64,000 bases of DNA from Candidatus Babeliales bacterium (GTDB taxonomy: Bacteria > Babelota > Babeliae > Babelales > JANWKD01). This document shows, one piece after another, positions 37,884-47,906 of the stretch. The stretch is from contig CAVXJH010000006.1 in assembly GCA_963762115.1 (NCBI GenBank), positions 1 to 64,000 of the forward strand, read 5' to 3'. The position numbers were made by a program, and so were the translations under genes. Each line of letters begins with the position of its first letter. The first letter of the stretch is position 1. The notes beneath the pieces are model-generated. The model saw nothing but the letters and a program-made list of their open reading frames with translations, did no database searches and was not told the DNA's origin.

Positions 37884-38085
37884 AATGTCATTGCGAGGCA
37901 CATTGTGCCGTGGCAACCCAGATTATAATGTTCTAATAAATGAATTTCTAACGAAAACGACCTGCTTCTTTATCTTATAATCAGTAACTGCCAGATTGTA
38001 GGTTTTTAATATGCTTATAGAATGAAAACAAAATTAAATTTTATATACTGGGTTGCCACGGCACAATGTGCCTCGCAATGACATT
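37884..38085. repeat. TGTC-tagged REP-like doublet with perfect 38-bp inverted repeats
   Basis: 37884-37921 AATGTCATTGCGAGGCACATTGTGCCGTGGCAACCCAG and its exact reverse complement at 38048-38085. Confidence 0.92.
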
Positions 38086-38273
38086 CTCAGGTCACTATCT
38101 CAGTAGTATGATAAAAAAAGTAGTTAGCACTCTTGGAAATTCACCATAGACAGTATTTTTTAGCTATTTTTACTGGACTTTTTTTCAAAATAGTTTACAA
38201 TAAGAAATAAACAGGGTCTTGCTTACGGTCGTAATCAGACTCATTTAATAACAAATTTAACTGTGTGTGCGGA

Positions 38274-40071
38274 ATGACTATGAATAGAAGATCAAATCTA
38301 CGAAACATTGCTATCATCGCTCACGTTGACCATGGCAAAACAACCTTAGTTGATAAACTATTGCGTCAATCGGGAACGGTAACTGATGTCTCGGATCGCC
38401 TTATGGACTCAAATGCCTTGGAAAAAGAACGTGGTATCACCATTTTGGCAAAAAATACTGGTATAACCTATGGCGACTACACTATTAATATTGTAGATAC
38501 TCCTGGTCACAGTGACTTTGGTGGTGAAGTTGAACGAACCTTGCAAATGGTTGAAGGCTTTTTACTCTTGGTTGATGCCGCTGAAGGCGTTTTACCAGGA
38601 ACACGATTCGTATTGCGAAAAGCCCTTGAACTTAACTTAAAACCCTTAGTGCTCATCAATAAAATTGATCGTAAAGATGCTGATATTGCAGGCACTGAAA
38701 GATTAATTCAAGATTTATTCCTTGATTTAGCACAAGATGAATCTCAACTTGAATTCCCTATTTTATACGGATCATCAAGAATGGGATTTGCTAATTTTGA
38801 TTCAACACTCATGTCGGGTGATATGAAACCTTTATTTGAAGCAATTATCAAAACGGTTCCTGCTCCTGTTGCAAAAAATGATCACTTGCAAATTTTAGTA
38901 ACCAGCTTAGATCACTCTGATTTCTTAGGGCCTATTGCTATTGGTCGTGTTTTTAGTGGTTCACTTGAACTTGGCCAACAATTCATCTGTTGCAAAGAAG
39001 ATTTTGTCAGCAAGACTATGAAAGTAACCAAATTATATACCTTCCAAGGGTTACATCGCATAGAAACACAAAAAGTTGAATTTGGCGATATCATTGCTAT
39101 GACAGGATTCACTGAACCTGTTACCATTGGTACCACCATCTGTGAAGTTGGTCATCCTCTACCTTATCCTTATGTTATGATTGATGAACCAACACTCTCT
39201 ATGTATTTTTCCGTAAACGATTCGCCCTTTACTGGTCGTGATGGAAAATTATTAACCTCACGTCAAATTAAAGATCGCTTAGAAAAAGAATTAAAAACAA
39301 ACGTTGCTTTACGTGTTGATCCAACCGAATCAGCTGAAAAGTTTAAAGTTTCTGGTCGCGGACAATTGCATCTTGGTATTTTAGTTGAAAATATGCGTCG
39401 CGAAGGCTTTGAATTACAACTTTCTGCACCTGAAGTTATTTATAAAACCATTGATGGTGTCAAATGTGAACCAATCGAATACTTAGTAATCGATATTATG
39501 GAAGAGCATCAAGGCATTGTTATGGAAAGATTGGGTAAGAAAAAAGCTGAAATGAAAAACATTCACCATTATGAAAATGGCAGAATGCGCCTTGAATTTG
39601 AAATTCCTTCACGTGGATTACTTGGTTTCAGAAGTCAATTCTTAACCGATACACGCGGAACAGGTTTAGCAAACTTCAACTTTCAAGGATATCAACCTTA
39701 TAAAGGCGATATTCCAACCAGAACAAAAGGTGCCTTAGTTTCAATGGAAACAGGACGCTTCAACCGGTTTTGCCTTAGACAATTTACAAGCTCGTGGCAC
39801 GCTCTTTATCAAACCTGGCGAAAACTTGTATGAAGGTATGATCATTGGTGAAAATAGCCGTGAAGGTGATATGGATGTGAATCCATGCAAGCAAAAGAAG
39901 CTTACCAACATGCGTGCATCAGGAACTGATGAAATGATTAAGCTAACACCACCTCGTCCTATGGAACTGGAAACGTGTATGGAATGGATTATGCCCGATG
40001 AATTGATTGAGGTTACTCCCCATGACATTCGTCTTCGCAAAAAAATTCTTAAGGCGAACCTTAGAAAATAA
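38274..40071 (+). CDS. typA: translational GTPase TypA/BipA (frameshift near 39755)
   Basis: [30 protein letters not shown]. One extra base at ~39755-39756; removing it restores ...[18 protein letters not shown]...YEGMIIGE...[10 protein letters not shown]. Confidence 0.93.
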
Positions 40072-40074
40072 CAC

Positions 40075-40812
40075 GTGAAAACGTATAAAATTATTATTGC
40101 CTATCAAGGCACTCAGTATGCAGGTTGGCAAATACAACAACATGAATATGCAATAGCCAACCTGTTACAAGATCGCTTCTTTACCGTTTTTAACAAAAAA
40201 ATTCACCTAAGCGCTGCTTCACGCACTGATGCTGGTGTTCATGCACACGGTCAAGTTGCCACTTTTAACGTTGATCTTGCTATTCCTGCAGAAAAATTAC
40301 GTTTTGCATGGAATAATGTTTTACCAAAAGATGTTATCATTCGATCACTTGAAGAAGTTTCTTCTTCATTTAATCCCCGTTATGATGTTGCACAGAAAAC
40401 ATATTGGTATCATTTTTTTCTTGAACAACCGCTGCCCCCCTTTAATCAATATGGTTATTATATAAAACAACCGCTTGATCTGATTCTCCTTGATCAAGCA
40501 TTATCTCTTTTTGTTGGTGAACATGATTTTCGTGCGTTTGCCTCAGATGTCACGGGCAAAAACACCCTGCGCAAAATTGATAGTATCACCCGAGATTTCA
40601 ATGAACAGCTGCAAGCACACCGCATTATTGTAAAAGGCAAAAGTTTTTTACATTGCATGATTCGGCGCATTGTTGGCGCAAGCCTTAAGGTGGCACAAGG
40701 CAAAACGGATTGCGCTCAGGTACAACGCATTTTAGAAGCAAAAAATCCTAATCATGCATTGCCAAATGCCCCTGCTCATGGCCTCACACTAAAAGAAATT
40801 ATCTATAAATAA
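40075..40812 (+). CDS. truA: tRNA pseudouridine(38-40) synthase
   Basis: YAGWQIQ, SRTDAGVHA.GQ, GEHDF, FLHCMIRRIVG, APAHGL. Confidence 0.96.
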   Translation: MKTYKIIIAYQGTQYAGWQIQQHEYAIANLLQDRFFTVFNKKIHLSAASRTDAGVHAHGQVATFNVDLAIPAEKLRFAWNNVLPKDVIIRSLEEVSSSFNPRYDVAQKTYWYHFFLEQPLPPFNQYGYYIKQPLDLILLDQALSLFVGEHDFRAFASDVTGKNTLRKIDSITRDFNEQLQAHRIIVKGKSFLHCMIRRIVGASLKVAQGKTDCAQVQRILEAKNPNHALPNAPAHGLTLKEIIYK

Positions 40813-40870
40813 AAAAATAGATTTTTTTCTTATATGCCTTATAATCATTTAATCTTTTATATACTTTTTA

Positions 40871-40901
40871 CTGGATCCCCACGCTTCGCTCGGGAAGACA
40901 G
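40871..40901 (-). repeat. single REP-like unit (TGTC-tagged variant)
   Basis: Minus strand reads CTGTCTTCCCGAGCGAAGCGTGGGGATCCAG, the same architecture as the other TGTC units. Confidence 0.6.
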
Positions 40902-40920
40902 TCGAAAAAACAAGGACAAC

Positions 40921-42003
40921 ATGAAATATAAAAATATAATCCAAAATCACCTCCTAGCAGCACTTCTCATCATCAACATAAATTCATGTTTGAGCATGGA
41001 CTATATCAAAGAATGTGCACATGAACTCAAAGATAATGCTCGTGAATTTTCTCATACTACTCAAGACTTTTGGAAAAATGCCAATCTCCTAACAAAAACT
41101 GCTGTTGTTTTAGGTGTAAGTGGAGCTAGTGGCTATATTCTTTTGAATGAATGGAGAAATCGTTGGAACAAAGCACGCATTAAAGAATTAGAAGAAACAG
41201 AACTTGTTGTCGGAGCAATAGCATATGGCGGATTTAATAGTTCTCGTGATAAAATATTAGAAAAAATTCACGAAGATAAGCAAACAAATAAAAACAATAC
41301 GAGAGAAATGCTTTTTGAAGGCAATCTAGGAGTAGGTGATCATCATCCAAAAACTCGCACTTTCTTGACGAAACAAATAAACGAAAAGTTTTTTGGTTAT
41401 GGAGAAGCACCTGGATATTTGTTACAAGAAAAAAGTAATGAACTTGAAAAACATATGGCAATACTGTTAATTGCTTTATGCGATATTCATCCAAATGATT
41501 CGATATTAACAAGTTTGAAATATGCAAGGTACCCCGAAAAATTTTCAAGAGATGAAATAAAAAATACAAATAATACAGTACCAACAATCATACGTATATT
41601 AAAAGAAAAGTTTAGCAGAACAGTCTTTGAAAAAGAAAATCTCTCAGATGACGAGCAAAACAACACCAATAACAATTCTGAAGAAGAAGAAGAAGAAGAA
41701 GACGATAATAAAAACTATGGAGGTCCATGGGATACAACAATACAAAACAGCGAAGACGAAGAAACCGAACAAGAAATTGCCATGGATCCATTCAGGGCTC
41801 TTGAAGATAGAGTTGCCCATGACGCCTCAGACTATGAAACAAATGAATATTACGAAGAATTGCGAACACAGGCTTGGAATAGCATAGCATGGAATAAACA
41901 TAGTTATACAGTCGAAATAGCAACTAGAGTTTGCAATAAACTAATAGCAGAAGCAGAAAACAAAGCGGCCTTACGAAAACGAGAAAAACATCTTTTAGCG
42001 TAA
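40921..42003 (+). CDS. hypothetical secreted protein with TM segment and acidic tract
   Basis: AAGGA RBS; CLS|MDY; poly-E/N region. Confidence 0.75.
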   Translation: MKYKNIIQNHLLAALLIININSCLSMDYIKECAHELKDNAREFSHTTQDFWKNANLLTKTAVVLGVSGASGYILLNEWRNRWNKARIKELEETELVVGAIAYGGFNSSRDKILEKIHEDKQTNKNNTREMLFEGNLGVGDHHPKTRTFLTKQINEKFFGYGEAPGYLLQEKSNELEKHMAILLIALCDIHPNDSILTSLKYARYPEKFSRDEIKNTNNTVPTIIRILKEKFSRTVFEKENLSDDEQNNTNNNSEEEEEEEDDNKNYGGPWDTTIQNSEDEETEQEIAMDPFRALEDRVAHDASDYETNEYYEELRTQAWNSIAWNKHSYTVEIATRVCNKLIAEAENKAALRKREKHLLA

Positions 42004-42016
42004 ATATACATAACAT

Positions 42017-42049
42017 AAAAAGTGGGGGGTCATGTGACCTCCGCTTTTT
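42017..42049 (+). terminator. intrinsic terminator
   Basis: AAAAAGTGGGGGGTCA-TG-TGACCTCCGCTTTTT. Confidence 0.65.
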
Positions 42050-42186
42050 GGTTTTTAATTATCGCGTCGCTCTTAGAAAGAACCTATTGTGCCCAGGCAC
42101 AAGACAAAAATCCCTAATTATGCAGTGCCCAATGCCCCTGCCGATCGCCTCATCCTTAATGAAATTAAATATAAATAATCAAACAC

Positions 42187-42222
42187 ATAGAAGGAGATCA
42201 AAATATTTTGATCTCCTTCTAT
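42187..42222. terminator. perfect 36-bp palindrome downstream of the ankyrin gene
   Basis: ATAGAAGGAGATCAAAAT|ATTTTGATCTCCTTCTAT. Confidence 0.6.
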
Positions 42223-42246
42223 AACGATATATTTAAAATAAAACAA

Positions 42247-44721
42247 TTAACTAATTATACAGCGTTCTTTTTCTTCTAATAATATGCAGTGTTTTTCTTC
42301 TTCGCCTTTTTTTTCTTCTAATAAACGGATTGCTCTTTTATTGTGCTTAGCCTCTGCCCATTTAAGAATTTGAATTTTATCAATGGTCGAATTATGAGAA
42401 AGAATACATTTAAGAATTCCAGTTAAATTACTATGCTCAGCTACATGTTGCAATATTGTTATTGCGCTATTAATTTTGCATGGAACATTTACATCTGCTC
42501 CGGCCTTAATTAACCATCTTGCTATAGTTGATTTTGCTAAGGTGTTACCTTTTAGAGCCCACATAAATAGAGGAATTCCCTTATTATTAACTCGATTAAC
42601 ATCAATACCAGGCATTTTAAGAAATAATTGAACAATTTTATAATCACTATCATCCCGTAACCACCATCCCGTGGCCGCTGCTACTAATGGAATAGTTCCC
42701 TCATTATCTGCTTTATTAATATCGATACCAGGTGCTTCAAGTAATAATCGAATAATTTTAAACTCTTTATCATCCCTTGAAAAAAATAACCCGTCCTCCT
42801 CCCATCCTATGGCCGCTAACAATGGAGTAATTCCCTCATTATTAGTTTTATTAACATCAATACTAGGTGCTTCAAGTAATAATTGAACAATTTCTGATTT
42901 TCCATACCTTATGGCAAGTATCAATGGAGTAATTCCCTCATTATCTGCTTTATTAGTATCGATACCAGGTGCTTCAAGTAATAATTGAACAATTTCTGAT
43001 TTTCCATGTCTTATAGCAAATATCAATGGAGTAGTTCCCCACTTATTAGTAGCTTTATTAATATCAATACCAGGTGCTTCAAGTAATAATTGAATAATTT
43101 GATAATCTTCTTTTAATATAGCCATTATCAATGGTGTTTCCCCATTCATATTTTCTGTATTAACATCAGCACCAAATTGAATTAACCATTTTGCAATTTC
43201 AAGTTTTTGTTCCTTCATTGCATAGGTAAGTAAATTATATCCATACATACGAAAATTAATATCAACACCTTTTGCAATTTCTTCTTGAACTGCATCAAGA
43301 TCATTATTATTTATTGCATTTACTAGCTTAGCTCGTATCATTCCACTTAAACAAAAATCTAACATTGATTGTTCAAGTTGGGATATTTTTGATTCCTTCT
43401 CTGCTTTCTCGCCAAAATTTTCCTGAAGCACATCTTGTTTGCTATTATTTTCTTCGACTATTTTTCTCAAAAACTCTACTATTTCTTGATTAATCTCATG
43501 AACTGGGTTTAGAGGGCTAGTTTCCATAAATTCATCTTCAATAATTGCACCAAGATTGACTAATTTTTTAACCAAATCAAAGTTATTTCCTTTGGCTGCA
43601 TACAATAATGCACTTTTACTCCATTTATTTTGAGCATTCACATTCAATGCTCCAACGTCAACAGAAGTGAGTAATTTAACAATTTTGGAAGTGCCATAAA
43701 GCATAGCTTTTATTAAAGGCGTTGAGCCATCATCAGCAATTGCATCAATATTTGCACCCATAACTAATAAAAATTGTACAATTTTATAATGCTGGTTTGA
43801 AATGGCAATCATTAATGGCGTAATGCCATTTTGAATAGGCAAATCAATAATAATATCTTTATGATTAGCTAAAGCTTTTACAATGTTAAAATTACCTTCT
43901 CTTGCAGCTTCCGCTAAAACAGTCCATCCCGTATGATCTTTAACATTCACATTTATCATTGAGTCACTAAGTAATGTTATTACAGCTTCAAGATCATTAT
44001 TTTTAACTGCCGTTATCAACGGTGAGTATGTATTATTAATTTGCGCTCGCCTTTTAATATTTTTAAGATAATTACTTAATGCTCTTTTTTGATAATCAGC
44101 ATTTTTTTGATGAAGATAATGAAGAGAAGCATCATAACCAGCTTTTAAACCTGATTCAATAACTCTTATTGGTTTTTTAATCATAGTTGCTAAAATTTGC
44201 TTTTTTGTCTTTTTAGCTTTTTTATTTTCTTGTAATTCTTGAGAGTCTTTCTCTTTTCCTTTTTCAGTCTGCTTTATATCAGGTTGTTTTTCTGTTTTTT
44301 CTGAATCATCATTTATAAATGGTTCTGTTGCATTTTGTAGTATTGGTCTATTTTCCTGAGGTGATAAACGATTTACCACTTGATCAAAACCATATTCAAA
44401 TGCAAGATCAAAAGCAGTTCTTTCTTTGCCATCTTTAATATCACCTCGAGCGTTATTATCTATCAAATAATTAACAATTGTGAAGTCTCCACTTTCTTGG
44501 CACATTAGAATTGCTTCCAAAAGAGCAGTTGAAGAATCTAAATCTTGTTCATCAATATCAATATCACCGAATTTAACAATTGCTTGAATAAGATCAAAAT
44601 CATTCTGCCGAACAGCAGAAATTAATGGTGTTGTATCGCCACTATTCACTTCCATGGCCAAAATGGGCGAAAGGTTAGCGATGGCGAAAAAAATAGTTAA
44701 GAAAATAATATATTTATTCAC
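42247..44721 (-). CDS. secreted ankyrin-repeat protein with C-terminal CaaX motif
   Basis: ILA|MEV; many G.TPL..A repeats including near-identical LLEAPGID.NK units; ends CIIS*. Confidence 0.9.
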   Translation of the reverse strand: MNKYIIFLTIFFAIANLSPILAMEVNSGDTTPLISAVRQNDFDLIQAIVKFGDIDIDEQDLDSSTALLEAILMCQESGDFTIVNYLIDNNARGDIKDGKERTAFDLAFEYGFDQVVNRLSPQENRPILQNATEPFINDDSEKTEKQPDIKQTEKGKEKDSQELQENKKAKKTKKQILATMIKKPIRVIESGLKAGYDASLHYLHQKNADYQKRALSNYLKNIKRRAQINNTYSPLITAVKNNDLEAVITLLSDSMINVNVKDHTGWTVLAEAAREGNFNIVKALANHKDIIIDLPIQNGITPLMIAISNQHYKIVQFLLVMGANIDAIADDGSTPLIKAMLYGTSKIVKLLTSVDVGALNVNAQNKWSKSALLYAAKGNNFDLVKKLVNLGAIIEDEFMETSPLNPVHEINQEIVEFLRKIVEENNSKQDVLQENFGEKAEKESKISQLEQSMLDFCLSGMIRAKLVNAINNNDLDAVQEEIAKGVDINFRMYGYNLLTYAMKEQKLEIAKWLIQFGADVNTENMNGETPLIMAILKEDYQIIQLLLEAPGIDINKATNKWGTTPLIFAIRHGKSEIVQLLLEAPGIDTNKADNEGITPLILAIRYGKSEIVQLLLEAPSIDVNKTNNEGITPLLAAIGWEEDGLFFSRDDKEFKIIRLLLEAPGIDINKADNEGTIPLVAAATGWWLRDDSDYKIVQLFLKMPGIDVNRVNNKGIPLFMWALKGNTLAKSTIARWLIKAGADVNVPCKINSAITILQHVAEHSNLTGILKCILSHNSTIDKIQILKWAEAKHNKRAIRLLEEKKGEEEKHCILLEEKERCIIS

Positions 44722-44919
44722 AGGGGTTCTCCTTTATTTTGAACCTATAAAATAATAAAAATATCAATTTGAGTATAATTTAATAGTAGCATATATAAAA
44801 CAATTAACAAGTGGCTAATTTTCTAACTGGATATATTTATCTGAATACTTATACAACTCTTTTGCAAAAATTTATGCCAATTAATTGGGCTAGACCTTTA
44901 GCAACAAATATTAAACTGA

Positions 44920-47076
44920 TTATTTCTTTCTATATTTTTTAACAAGATCTGCATAATGAGTACACATACCAGCAGGGCCTTCAAAATAATCTAAACAGTC
45001 TTTGCCCATTCCATCAAGAAGATCAGGATTAGCGCCCTTACTTAATAATTCTTCAGCAAAATCTATTAATTGATACTGAAAACAAAGCATTAACGGCGTT
45101 CTTCCTTGAGCGTCTTGAGCATTAACATCCGCATCAGCATCCATAAGATATTTTGCTAATACTTTATTTGATGTTTCAAAAGCAATGTGCAAAGGCGTTT
45201 TGCCTTGTTGATCGGCAATATCAAGACGAGCATTTTTTTTAACTAAAGCATAAAAAACTTGCGGACAATAACGCACAACATCTTGCGAGCAATAGCGTGC
45301 AACATAATGCAAAACAGACTGTCCTTGATTGTCAACAGCATTGACATCCGCACCAGCATTAATCAACTTTTGAGCTATAGCATGTTGCTCTGTCTCAAGC
45401 GCAACCAACAAAGAAGTTTTTCCTTCGTTATTACGCACATCAATCAAGGGATGATAATTTAATAACAAATCAACAGATTGAGGACATTTTTCTACCGCAA
45501 CATGCAATGCAGTATCACCTTGATTATCGCGAATGGTAAGATCTGGATTATGCGCAAGAAGAGCTCTTACTGTTTTCTCTTTAGATCTTTCAAAAGCAAA
45601 ATGCAAAGGAGTTTGGCCTTTATTGTTTTGGTGATTTAAATTAGCACCATTTTTTATCAAATACTCAAGAATTTTTACTTTATCTTTCAAAGCATAAAAT
45701 ATAATTGTATTACCTTGATTATCAACTTGTTCAATATTTTCTGGATCAAACATTTTTTTGAATGTTTTTTTATGATTTTTGCCGACCAAGTACATCGCCA
45801 AGGTCATACCTCTATCATTAAAAGTAGTATAATTTTTATCACCCAATAAAGAGCTTACAACATCGTCATAACCACTTTTTAAGGCACAATAAAGAATTTC
45901 CATTCTTACCAAATTATCTATCGTTACAACAATATCGGGTGCAAAAAGAAGAGGAACTAGCTCAGGAGTATAACATTGTGGTTGCAAAAATAATAACCAC
46001 GGATTCAATTTCACTTTATTCAATTTAAAGTGGCTAATAACTTTGGCGCCTCTCTCTAATAACATTGCTATTAATACATCATGCTTTGCTAACAATGCAT
46101 AACATAAAGGAGTCATACCTTTATTATCACGCGCATCAAAATTAATCATCTGAGAACATTGCAACAAAGCGCAAGCAGCATTAAAATTTCCCGTTTTAAT
46201 CATAGTGTGCAAAGGATTTTGTCCTTCTTTTGAAGTTTTATTAAAATCTGCTCCAATAGCAACGAGCAACTGCACTTGCTCAGGATTGGTAATTCTATGC
46301 ATAAAAGTTAAACAGGTATAAAGATCTTCACGAGCAGCTTCTTTGGCCAACGCAGCATGCGAAATATTTTTGGGCAATTTCTGCAAAAAGCTGGCACCTA
46401 TTAAAATGGATTCTTGCTGCACATACTGCTTAAACAAATCTTTTACAAGATCTTCTTGAGCATTATTTTTAGCAACAAAAAAATTTTTCAGACTAACGGC
46501 AGAACGCCCTAAAATGCTTTCAGATGGTACCGGTTGTTTTTTCTCTTGCACATGACCAAGCAATCTATTTGCCAACTCTGTATCACCAAATAAACGTGCA
46601 ACACCTAATGCTGTCTTACCATACATATCTTTTTGATCAGTACCCTTGCCGTTTTTTGTTAAATAATCGATCATGGTGAATGCTTGCATTCGCTTACCAT
46701 CTCTTATAAAAGTCATCAATGGCGTTTCACCATCAACGGTAGTTACTAAGGGGTCAATCGAAAAACCTTGTATTAATTGATATATTTCTCCCGTTGTTGA
46801 TGCATCATGCAAAAGCGTACGCCCCAAAGGGCGCTTTATTATACGATATTGAACATACTCTTTCACTTCTTCTGGCAAACGTCCAACTTGCTGTTGAGTG
46901 CTGTTAAAATCCTCAGACTTGAGAGCATTTTCTATAAAATTATCAGCGGTTATTTCTTTTAAAGAAGGCATAATAAGCTTTTTTTCTTCCCGGAAATCGC
47001 CTTCCATAGCATAAACACCAAAAAAATTAGCCGCTGCTAATATAGATAATACAAAAAAAATAAAACCTTTTTTCAT
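44920..47076 (-). CDS. secreted ankyrin-repeat protein with N-terminal SOCS/BC-box-like segment
   Basis: VYA|MEG; PSLKEITADNFI...LPEEVKEYV; more than 10 G.TPLH.A repeats. Confidence 0.88.
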   Translation of the reverse strand: MKKGFIFFVLSILAAANFFGVYAMEGDFREEKKLIMPSLKEITADNFIENALKSEDFNSTQQQVGRLPEEVKEYVQYRIIKRPLGRTLLHDASTTGEIYQLIQGFSIDPLVTTVDGETPLMTFIRDGKRMQAFTMIDYLTKNGKGTDQKDMYGKTALGVARLFGDTELANRLLGHVQEKKQPVPSESILGRSAVSLKNFFVAKNNAQEDLVKDLFKQYVQQESILIGASFLQKLPKNISHAALAKEAAREDLYTCLTFMHRITNPEQVQLLVAIGADFNKTSKEGQNPLHTMIKTGNFNAACALLQCSQMINFDARDNKGMTPLCYALLAKHDVLIAMLLERGAKVISHFKLNKVKLNPWLLFLQPQCYTPELVPLLFAPDIVVTIDNLVRMEILYCALKSGYDDVVSSLLGDKNYTTFNDRGMTLAMYLVGKNHKKTFKKMFDPENIEQVDNQGNTIIFYALKDKVKILEYLIKNGANLNHQNNKGQTPLHFAFERSKEKTVRALLAHNPDLTIRDNQGDTALHVAVEKCPQSVDLLLNYHPLIDVRNNEGKTSLLVALETEQHAIAQKLINAGADVNAVDNQGQSVLHYVARYCSQDVVRYCPQVFYALVKKNARLDIADQQGKTPLHIAFETSNKVLAKYLMDADADVNAQDAQGRTPLMLCFQYQLIDFAEELLSKGANPDLLDGMGKDCLDYFEGPAGMCTHYADLVKKYRKK

Positions 47077-47312
47077 TAGAATCCCCTAAATATTAATAAC
47101 AAATTGTAATTATAATTAATATAACCTCAAATAATCAATATGTCTAATTATTAATTAAATATTTTCAGGATGAAATAATTATGCGGAAAAATGGCCGCCA
47201 ACTGGATTCAAATAGAAACTTTCTTTCTGCTTTTCTAGTTTTTTTCAGTTCAAATCCTTATTCTTAAAGAAAAGAAAGATATACATAACTCTTATAAACA
47301 ATAGGTAAAACA

Positions 47313-47894
47313 ATGAATTTTCGAATGGAACATAAGCTTAGTAAAATAATAGCAGCGGTAGTTGCGCTTTCACTTGCTCTCTCAGGATTAGGATATTTTT
47401 ATTTTTCTTCGCAACAGCAACTACAAATCTATGAATTTGAAAATCAACGCGATACGCCATTTATTAAAGAATTATTCAAAAATGATTGGTATTGGCTTGT
47501 TGCTGGCATCTCAGATTCTTATGATTCAGTTGCTGAGAATTATGTAGAGAATATGCTCGCGACGCGCTTATCTTCAACGCATAAACGGCCGCTAACATTA
47601 AAAGTTGTGTATGAAAACAATAAACCTGTTGGTTTTCTTGCCTATTTTATTAAAAAATTTTATTTAGGAAAAATTCTTTTTGTTGATGTTCTACCTGAGT
47701 ACCGATCAAAAGGGTGGGGAGCGAAATTAATGAAATATGCCATGGATGATTTGATCAAACGAGGTGTCTCTCAAATTGAATTAGTTACGCGTACTAATAA
47801 TGATGCCGCGCAGAAATTATATACACGCTTAGGATTTCATGAAACAGAACGTGATGATGAGTTTGTCAGCTTTGCCTATCAAGTTCCTCAATAA
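47313..47894 (+). CDS. GNAT family N-acetyltransferase with N-terminal anchor
   Basis: VLPEYRSKGWGAKLM, N.AAQKLY..LGF. Confidence 0.9.
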   Translation: MNFRMEHKLSKIIAAVVALSLALSGLGYFYFSSQQQLQIYEFENQRDTPFIKELFKNDWYWLVAGISDSYDSVAENYVENMLATRLSSTHKRPLTLKVVYENNKPVGFLAYFIKKFYLGKILFVDVLPEYRSKGWGAKLMKYAMDDLIKRGVSQIELVTRTNNDAAQKLYTRLGFHETERDDEFVSFAYQVPQ

Positions 47895-47906
47895 ATTCAG
47901 CAATCA

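Noticed and set aside
40834..40920. N-terminal extension of ORF 40834-42003 (GSPRFAREDS)
   Set aside because: It is translated REP-like DNA; the RBS and signal peptide point to ATG 40921.
42055..42160. GC-richer intergenic patch with a small hairpin as a possible ncRNA
   Set aside because: Single copy with only a 7-bp stem; not enough support.
42590..43160. ~102-bp tandem DNA repeats as a noncoding array
   Set aside because: They encode ankyrin repeats within ORF 42247-44721.
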